Source of the DNA: an uncultured delta proteobacterium
GTDB taxonomy: Bacteria > Desulfobacterota > Binatia > Binatales > Binataceae
Direction: 5' to 3'
NCBI GenBank assembly: GCA_963842085.1
Contig: CAWJET010000002.1
Location: 832,001 to 896,000 of the forward strand
Length of the DNA stretch: 64,000 bases
Below the pieces are notes generated by a model. That model was not told the DNA's origin and made no database searches. It saw only the letters and a list, made by a program, of their open reading frames with translations. Below are positions 57,344 to 64,000 of the stretch, piece by piece. Position 1 is the first letter of the stretch; every line of letters starts with the position of its first letter. Made by a program: the position numbers and the translations under genes.

Positions 57344-58825
57344 CTAAGGCCGCGACACAACGATCACATTCTTGAACCTAGCCACGAAGACCGGGTACTC
57401 CCGGCGAATCTCGGTGACTTGCGCGGGCGCCGCCGTCGGCGAAACGACCACTACTCTCGGCACCTGGTCCGCGCTTCCGTGGAAGGGGATTCGAACTACC
57501 TGCACACGGTCCCGCTGTGCCGCCGAAATGTAGTAGCTGACGAGATAGTAATCGTGACAGGCGCCGACGCGCCGTTCCGATCCCGCTTTGGTCAGTGCTA
57601 TCTCACATGCATCGCGCCAGCGGTTGTCTCCCGGTCTCAGATCCGACGACACTCGCAGTATGGAAAGACTTACTATCGCGATGATGGCGACAGCGCGAAA
57701 CTTTCGCGATGGCAAAGACTCGATACCTATTGCAGTGAGTATAAATACCGGAACGAAAGAGCTAATCAGGTAGCGCGTTACGAGCATCGGAGTGACCAGG
57801 TATGATCCGGCGAACAGAACCGTCGGCGGCAGCCCGATCCAGAGGATCAGCATAACGGTCTCATCTCGAGCGGAACGCCACAGCCGAACCCCGCCCATGA
57901 TCGCGAACAGCGCGAACAGCGGAAACGGCCAGCTGCCAAGTCCGTTTTCGAAGGTGGCCAGTGGCTCCCACGGCCCCGGGGGTCTGATCCACTCGTAGTC
58001 GCCCCGTTTCACACCCTCGACTCCGTATCGCAGACCGGAAGAAAAGGGCAATAGCAGCACCATCGCGCTAACGAGTGCGGCCGCCATCAGCCATGGTGAT
58101 GCGCTTCGCGCCGCCGCGTCACTTCGGCCCTCGGCATCGGTAACGTACAGGTAGATCAGCCATAGCGCCTCCGCCGCCATCACCAGCACCGCGGTAAAGT
58201 TGGTGGCCAGTGCGATCGCTGAAAAGATTGTAAGACCGGCGTAATTCGCCAGGCCTCCCAGCCGCCGCGCGCGGAACAGGAAAATCACTTGCGCTAGAAT
58301 CCACCCCTGCATCATCGAATACATTCTCGCCTGGCGGGCGATTTCGACCGATGGAAGCCCGACCGCAAACAGCAACGCGCACAACGCCGCCACAATGTAG
58401 ATGCGGCCCTCCTCATACTCCGCCCGTTCTTTCACTGGCGTGCGGAGCTCGGCAGTTGAGGGTTCTGAGGTTTCGCCCGCCGCCAGCATCACTTCCACTG
58501 CCAGAATGAACACAAGCACGATCGACAGCGATCCGATTAGCGCCGACAACGCCCGCATCGCCGCCTCGCTTTCGCCGAAAAACCGCATCCATCCGTGTTG
58601 CGCAAGCTCGTAAATCGGTAACTTGCCGGAATCCAGCTGATGCTGTATCCGCAACACGTCCGTCACGGTCCGGCCCGCCGACTCGGCCCATGAAAGCGAC
58701 TCGTCAATCGACAGCTCCCGCGCACCCAGGCGAAAAAATCGCAACATCGTGCCCACTGCGACGGCCATCAGCAGTACCGCCGCACCCTGTCCTCGCCAGC
58801 CGCCTGGCAGAAAGTTGCGCTTCAT
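57344..58825 (-). CDS. GT-C fold glycosyltransferase (GT39/PMT-like)
   Basis: LSIDESLS, FGESEAAMRALS, ARMYS; multi-TM. Confidence 0.8.
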   Translation of the reverse strand: MKRNFLPGGWRGQGAAVLLMAVAVGTMLRFFRLGARELSIDESLSWAESAGRTVTDVLRIQHQLDSGKLPIYELAQHGWMRFFGESEAAMRALSALIGSLSIVLVFILAVEVMLAAGETSEPSTAELRTPVKERAEYEEGRIYIVAALCALLFAVGLPSVEIARQARMYSMMQGWILAQVIFLFRARRLGGLANYAGLTIFSAIALATNFTAVLVMAAEALWLIYLYVTDAEGRSDAAARSASPWLMAAALVSAMVLLLPFSSGLRYGVEGVKRGDYEWIRPPGPWEPLATFENGLGSWPFPLFALFAIMGGVRLWRSARDETVMLILWIGLPPTVLFAGSYLVTPMLVTRYLISSFVPVFILTAIGIESLPSRKFRAVAIIAIVSLSILRVSSDLRPGDNRWRDACEIALTKAGSERRVGACHDYYLVSYYISAAQRDRVQVVRIPFHGSADQVPRVVVVSPTAAPAQVTEIRREYPVFVARFKNVIVVSRP

Positions 58826-58901
58826 TGATTTGGTGAATATGCGATCGAGCTCGACCCCGGGAAATTGCGCGACGCCGTTGTTTCGCGGTCTACTATCCGT
58901 C

Positions 58902-59732
58902 ATGCCTTTGCTCGCGCGAAGCCCCTTTCCACTCGCCATCATAACCGACTTCGGCTACCACGACCATTATGTCGGTGCGATGAAGGGGGTGATCGCGTCG
59001 ATCGCTCCTGGCGCGGCCGTCATCGACATCACCCACGGCATCCCGGCGCAATCCATCGTGGCCGGGGCGATCGCTCTGCGCGAGTCCTGGCGATACTTTC
59101 CTGCGCGCACGGTCTTCCTGGCGGTCGTCGATCCTGGCGTTGGCACCGCGCGCGTTCCAATTGCCATCGAGACTCGTGCCGGCGCCCGCTTCGTTGGACC
59201 CGACAACGGCCTGCTCTGGCTCGCCGCGAGCCAGGCCGGGATCAGGCGAATCGTGAAACTGACTTCGCGCCGCCATCGTCTTACCAAGGTGAGTGCAACC
59301 TTCCATGGCTGCGACATCTTCGCGCCAGCTGCGGCGTACCTCTGGCGTGGTACGGCAATTTCCGCGCTCGGGCCCGCGATGCGCTCGATTGAGCAACTCG
59401 AGCTGTCGCGTCCCGTCGAGTCGGCGCGCGAGTTGCGCGGTGAAGTGATCTACGTCGACAGCTTCGGCAATCTGGTGAGCAACATCGATCGCGCGACGGC
59501 CGAACGGTTCGCCGCTCGCTTTCGCCAGAAATCCCTTTCGGTTAGGATCGATGGTGGCGCGGCGATGCGAATACTTGACGCTTATGGTGACGCGCCCAAA
59601 GGTGCCCCGCTCGCAATATTCGGAAGTTTCGGCCTGCTCGAGGTCGCGGTTCGCGATGGCAACGCTGCGGCGCACTTTGCCGCCGGACCTGGCTCAAGGG
59701 TATCTCTCGTCGCGGTCCCACGACTCAATTAA
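58902..59732 (+). CDS. SAM hydroxide adenosyltransferase / chlorinase-fluorinase family (DUF62)
   Basis: TDFG, DITH, VVDPGVGTAR, GPDNG, SATFHGCDIFAP, VDSFGN. Confidence 0.92.
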   Translation: MPLLARSPFPLAIITDFGYHDHYVGAMKGVIASIAPGAAVIDITHGIPAQSIVAGAIALRESWRYFPARTVFLAVVDPGVGTARVPIAIETRAGARFVGPDNGLLWLAASQAGIRRIVKLTSRRHRLTKVSATFHGCDIFAPAAAYLWRGTAISALGPAMRSIEQLELSRPVESARELRGEVIYVDSFGNLVSNIDRATAERFAARFRQKSLSVRIDGGAAMRILDAYGDAPKGAPLAIFGSFGLLEVAVRDGNAAAHFAAGPGSRVSLVAVPRLN

Positions 59733-59735
59733 TTC

Positions 59736-60818
59736 ATGGATGAAATAGTCACACACAAGGACGCCCCCACAGTCCTTACCGAAATTCCGCGCTACACCGC
59801 GCCTGAGGAACCGGCTGCCCGCGCGCTCGAACCTCCGCGAATCCAGCCGTTGAATGTCGCGCTGTTTTTGCTGACGCTCCTGACCACTACCACCGCCGGC
59901 GCGTACATGAATGGCGAGGAAGTATCTTTCGCCCACCCGTTCCTTGCGGTCGCGGCGCTGCGTTCGGGACTCTCGTTCTCGATTCCCCTGATGATGATCC
60001 TGTTCGCGCATGAGATGGGGCACTACCTGACCTCGCGCTACCACAACGTCGATACCTCCCTGCCCTACTTCATCCCGGCGCCGCCGTCGCTGTTCATCAT
60101 CGGAACGTTCGGCGCATTCATCCGGATGCGTTCGCCCGCACGCACTCGCCGCGTGATGTTCGACATTGGCGCCGCCGGTCCGTGGGCGGGCGTGATGCTC
60201 GCGATACCCGCTGTCATCATCGGTCTGTATCTTTCCGACGTGACGCCGCTCGACAAATCCGCTGGCGGTCTCGAGCTCGGCAACTCGCTCCTGTTCCTTG
60301 GTCTCGCGCACCTGGTGCTGGGGGTTGATCCTTCGACTGTCAACGTGAATCTCAATCCGATCGCGTTCGCGGGATGGCTCGGGCTGTTCGTCACCACGCT
60401 GAACCTGCTCCCCGTCGGACAGCTCGACGGCGGCCACGTCGTCTACGCGCTCTTCCCGCGCCGCCATCGCACGATCTCGGTGCTGTTCGTTATCTCGTGC
60501 GTGCTGATGGTGCTGGTGCCGCTCGCGCTCGGTTACAGTCTCTGGTGGGGATGGCTTTTATGGGCAGTGCTGGTGCTCGCGCTCGGACTGGGGCATCCGT
60601 CGACGATCGATCGCGACACTCCCCTGAATCCGCGCCGCGCTCTTGCAGCATGGGCTACGGTCGCGCTGTTCATCGTCACGTTCAGCCCCGTGCCGCTCGC
60701 CTTCGTGCAACCCGAAGAGCCTGTGCCGTCGCAGCCGAGCGATCACACTCAGGAAATAATCCACCACGCGCCGAACTACGACGAGATGCTGCGGCAGATC
60801 AGCCACGTCCGAATCTGA
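59736..60818 (+). CDS. Site-2 protease (M50 family)
   Basis: HEMGH, GAAGP, NLLPVGQLDGGH. Confidence 0.92.
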   Translation: MDEIVTHKDAPTVLTEIPRYTAPEEPAARALEPPRIQPLNVALFLLTLLTTTTAGAYMNGEEVSFAHPFLAVAALRSGLSFSIPLMMILFAHEMGHYLTSRYHNVDTSLPYFIPAPPSLFIIGTFGAFIRMRSPARTRRVMFDIGAAGPWAGVMLAIPAVIIGLYLSDVTPLDKSAGGLELGNSLLFLGLAHLVLGVDPSTVNVNLNPIAFAGWLGLFVTTLNLLPVGQLDGGHVVYALFPRRHRTISVLFVISCVLMVLVPLALGYSLWWGWLLWAVLVLALGLGHPSTIDRDTPLNPRRALAAWATVALFIVTFSPVPLAFVQPEEPVPSQPSDHTQEIIHHAPNYDEMLRQISHVRI

Positions 60819-60853
60819 GCGGCGCTTGACCGTCTCGCTTGAGGTGAACCGCA

Positions 60854-61369
60854 TTGGCCGAAAGCCCGACTGACAAACCGAATCCGCAGACCAAGTCCCG
60901 GCGTCCGAGTTGGGACCAGTACTTCATGACGATTACGCGCGAGGTCGCCGAGCGTTCGACCTGCCTGCGCGCCAAGGTCGGCGCCGTAATCGTTCGCGAC
61001 CGCAGCATTTTGGCCACCGGCTACAACGGCTCGCCGGCCGGATTACCGCATTGCACCGAGGCCGGATGCCTCATCTACGAATCGCACACGCCGGACGGCG
61101 AAATCGAGCAGAACTGCTATCGCACCATCCACGCCGAGATCAACGCGATCTCGCAAGCGGCGCGCAACGGCGCCGCCATCCGCGACGCCGACATCTACGT
61201 GACTCACACGCCCTGCATCCATTGCCTCAAGGTGCTCATCAACACCGGCGTGCGCACCGTGTATTACGCGCGCGCCTACAAGCTCCACACCGTCGCCGAG
61301 ATGCTCAAAGGCGCGAGCATCAAGCTCGTCGAGGTCCCGGCTGTGGATCCCGCCTCAGGCGCCGCATGA
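60854..61369 (+). CDS. dCMP deaminase (ComEB-like)
   Basis: RPSWDQYFM, RSTC, TGYNG, HAEINA, PCIHC. Confidence 0.92.
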   Translation: MAESPTDKPNPQTKSRRPSWDQYFMTITREVAERSTCLRAKVGAVIVRDRSILATGYNGSPAGLPHCTEAGCLIYESHTPDGEIEQNCYRTIHAEINAISQAARNGAAIRDADIYVTHTPCIHCLKVLINTGVRTVYYARAYKLHTVAEMLKGASIKLVEVPAVDPASGAA

Positions 61370-61854
61370 CTTCCGACAACCCTGCCTCCGCTTCCACCTG
61401 CGGAATCTGCGCGATGATCGATCGGATCGATGCAGGCGCCTTCCCGGATTTCATAGCTGAGCTGAAGAGCAGCTACGTGATCCTCGGCGATCAGCAATTC
61501 TATCGCGGCTACTGCGTGCTGTTATCGAAGGCACACGCGACTGAGCTTTACCTGATGCCGGCCGACGACGCGCGCCTGCTGTTCGACGAGATGCGCCTGA
61601 CGGCCGAGGCCGTCGCCGCCGTCGTCAAGCCTTGGAAGATGAACTACGAATGCCTGGGCAACTCGGAACCGCACGTGCACTGGCATCTGCTGCCCCGCTA
61701 CGAGACCGACGAAATGCGGCGCGGCCCAATCTGGCTGCGCCCCGAGTCCGAACGAAAGGTAACGCTTGACGAAAATGACCGCCGCGCGCTTGTCGGATCG
61801 ATCCGCCGCCAGCTCACCCTCCGTTTTCCCGACGCACGCATCCCGCCCGGCTAG
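61366..61854 (+). CDS. HIT family hydrolase
   Basis: CGIC, NYECLGNSEPHVHWHLLPR; ATGA overlap with the upstream gene. Confidence 0.9.
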   Translation: MTSDNPASASTCGICAMIDRIDAGAFPDFIAELKSSYVILGDQQFYRGYCVLLSKAHATELYLMPADDARLLFDEMRLTAEAVAAVVKPWKMNYECLGNSEPHVHWHLLPRYETDEMRRGPIWLRPESERKVTLDENDRRALVGSIRRQLTLRFPDARIPPG

Positions 61855-62158
61855 AAATTTCGCGTCGCCAGCCAAATTTTCGCGCGCTGCTCTCGCGCTC
61901 GCATTCCTCGCGATGCTTGCCGCGGGATGCAAACGCGCGCCGCTCCCCGACGCGACCAGTCCCGGCGCGCAGCTCTACGTCAGGCGATGCGGCAAGTGCC
62001 ACGCGCCGTACAACCCCCATGAAATGACCGCCGCGATGTGGGAAACGCAGGTCATGATGATGGAAGTGAAGATGCAAGCCGCGGCGATGCCTCCGCTTAC
62101 TTCCGACGAGCGCGAGTCCATCCTTCAATACCTCAAACGCAACGCCGGCACCGAATAG
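61775..62158 (+). CDS. Monoheme cytochrome c lipoprotein (start uncertain)
   Basis: LAAGC lipobox; CGKCH; Met-rich distal region. Confidence 0.75.
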   Translation: MTAARLSDRSAASSPSVFPTHASRPARNFASPAKFSRAALALAFLAMLAAGCKRAPLPDATSPGAQLYVRRCGKCHAPYNPHEMTAAMWETQVMMMEVKMQAAAMPPLTSDERESILQYLKRNAGTE

Positions 62159-62298
62159 TTCACTAGCATCCGGAAGTGGGGACGCGCGCCAACCCCTGCA
62201 TTTGACTCTGCGACTCGCCTGATCTTAAGTGACCCACAGACGCCGCTGCGCGAAGTTGCGCGCGCACGAGAACAGAAATTCAACGCGAGGAATTCTTC

Positions 62299-62502
62299 AT
62301 GGCTCGAATGGTCAGACACGAAAAGAACGCGCCCTACGAAGTTCCGGAAGGCACCGAGCTGCCAATCTACATCTGCGCGTGCGGACTCTCGAAGAACAAG
62401 CCCTTTTGCGACGGCTCGCACAAAAAAACGCGCGACGAAAATCCCGCCGACGTTTACGTCTACGACGATATCGGCCGCGCCCGCGTCAAGACCGAATACT
62501 AG
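62299..62502 (+). CDS. CDGSH iron-sulfur domain protein
   Basis: [16 protein letters not shown]. Confidence 0.93.
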   Translation: MARMVRHEKNAPYEVPEGTELPIYICACGLSKNKPFCDGSHKKTRDENPADVYVYDDIGRARVKTEY

Positions 62503-62533
62503 CAGGTCCGCGTCGGTCCTCTCCGCGATTGTT

Positions 62534-62566
62534 CCCCTTCCCACATGGAAGGGGTTAGGGGTTAGG
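62534..62566. repeat. REP-like hairpin with G-rich tail
   Basis: CCCCTTCC-CACAT-GGAAGGGG-TTAGGGGTTAGG. Confidence 0.55.
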
Positions 62567-62585
62567 TTTTCCTACCCATTCCAAA

Positions 62586-64000
62586 TTGAAACTCCCCGAA
62601 GAGATTACCCGCTCTGATTCCGGGCCTGCCTCTCCGCCCGCATGCGAGGCGCCCCGCGATGCGGCTGCTCCGGATTGGCTTCAGTATGTCGCCGAGCCTC
62701 GCCACGCGTGGCCCATCCTGCTGATCGTTGGCGTCGCCCTCTATCTCGTCAATCTGGGCGGCTATCCGCTCTACACCAAGGGCGAACCGCGCGAGGCTGT
62801 CACCGTCTTCGACATCGTCCACGGCGGCGGCGTGATCCTTCCGCAGCGCGCCGGAGTCGAAATTCCATCCAAGCCATTGCTGATGCACTGGATGGCCGCG
62901 CTCGTCTCGCTCGTCGGCGGCGGCGTCAACGAATTCTCCGTGCGGCTGCCTTCGGCCTGCCTCGCTATCGCCGGCGTCATCGTCTGCTACTTTTACGTGC
63001 GCCGGCTGTTCGACAACGTGACCGCACTCATCGCCGCGCTCATCTTCGCCACCACGTTTCAGTATTTGCAAGCCGGGACGGGCGCGCGCGTGGACATGAC
63101 GCTGACCTTCTTCATGGAGGTCGCGTTCTTCGAATTCATTCTCATCGCCGAAGGACTGACGCGCCGCCGGATGCTCCTCTACGTGGCCATCGCGCTTGCC
63201 GTTTTGACCAAAGGCCCCATCGGCTTGATTCTCCCCGGCCTCGTCGCGTTGATTTGGATCATCGCTGAACGACGCTGGACTCTGCTGCGCGAGATGAACC
63301 TCGGGCGCGGTACGATCGTCGTGTTGGTGCTCGCCGGCGGATGGTACGTCGCGGCGTTGATCGAGGGCGGTCCGGATTTCTTCCGCAAGCAGATTCTCGC
63401 CGAAAACGTGCTCCGCTTTGCCGGCGGTGGCGATTTCCACGAGGGCCACATCCATCCGTTCTACTACATGGAACTGGCCCTTCTCGCCGGATTTCTGCCA
63501 TGGACGATTCTGCTCCCGATCGTCGGTATTCAGGCCGCACGGGCACCGCTCGCAGTCGATGCGCGCCTCAAATACATCTTCGTCTGGTTCACCGCGGTGC
63601 TGATCTTCTACAACCTTCCGCAGAGCAAGCGCGGTGTTTACCTGCTCTGCATGTATCCCGCTTTTGCCACCCTGGTCGCGATCTATTTCCGCCAGGCCAT
63701 CGTGCGTCCTGCGCCGGCACGCTCCTTTGTCCATTGGATCGCGCGATTGTCCGGTTTTGCGATGCTGCTGCTCGGTAGCGCTGGCCTGGTTGCGCTCGCG
63801 ATGCTTGTCGCCTCGCCACACGAGTTCGCCGATGTGCTGCAGGCGGCAAGCATTCGCGCCGCCGCCTTCCCGCGCGTATTGGACTCAACCGTCAGCGAGC
63901 ATTGGATGCTCGCGCTCGCGATGCCTCTGGCGGTCGTCGTGCTGGGCGTGCGACTGCTCGTCACGCCCCCCCTGGTCGAACGAACTGTGCTCGCAATCGC
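62586..64000 (+). CDS. ArnT-like GT-C glycosyltransferase (runs off the window)
   Basis: Read by hand from a probable TTG at 62586: YTKGEPREA, SKPLLMHW, RLPSA, ARVDM, LTKGPIG, HPFYY, SKRGVYLL. Confidence 0.85.
   Translation, partial: MKLPEEITRSDSGPASPPACEAPRDAAAPDWLQYVAEPRHAWPILLIVGVALYLVNLGGYPLYTKGEPREAVTVFDIVHGGGVILPQRAGVEIPSKPLLMHWMAALVSLVGGGVNEFSVRLPSACLAIAGVIVCYFYVRRLFDNVTALIAALIFATTFQYLQAGTGARVDMTLTFFMEVAFFEFILIAEGLTRRRMLLYVAIALAVLTKGPIGLILPGLVALIWIIAERRWTLLREMNLGRGTIVVLVLAGGWYVAALIEGGPDFFRKQILAENVLRFAGGGDFHEGHIHPFYYMELALLAGFLPWTILLPIVGIQAARAPLAVDARLKYIFVWFTAVLIFYNLPQSKRGVYLLCMYPAFATLVAIYFRQAIVRPAPARSFVHWIARLSGFAMLLLGSAGLVALAMLVASPHEFADVLQAASIRAAAFPRVLDSTVSEHWMLALAMPLAVVVLGVRLLVTPPLVERTVLAI

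Overview
GC-rich bacterial DNA; the Thr/Ala/Pro linker plus ASH-type tail and the gene content resemble Ca. Binatus/Binatota, but that assignment is inference. The window has three parts. (1) 1-10.8 kb: yceI, an MFS transporter, an enoyl-CoA hydratase and a divergent aromatic meta-cleavage cluster (HpaB-type monooxygenase, frameshifted aldehyde dehydrogenase, FAH hydrolase, BphC/HsaC-type extradiol dioxygenase, two acyl-CoA dehydrogenases). (2) About 10.9-55.85 kb: an accessory region ending at the 3' end of tRNA-Gly(CCC). It holds two soluble GAF-histidine kinase / FixJ-type regulator / stand-alone receiver sets, a Crp/Fnr regulator, two MCE systems (Mla-like and Pqi-like), two Cys-type sulfatases, DUF3300/DUF2950, DUF2092, DUF4410, two paralogous K-channel genes, an AI-2E transporter, an octaheme TPR cytochrome, FadL and OmpA-like proteins. 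(3) 55.9-64 kb: housekeeping-type genes. The main finding is a 16-bp palindrome, TTG(T/G)AC-CAA(A/G)-GT(A/C)CAA, seen six times in intergenic DNA at operon heads in part 2. Four copies sit between divergent genes, and -10-like hexamers lie 23-25 nt away in 9 of 10 gene-facing directions. This suggests an undescribed FixJ/StyR/TodT-type regulon covering most of the accessory region. A 127-bp MITE and several single-indel frameshifts (possibly assembly errors) are also present. All calls are by eye, without database searches.
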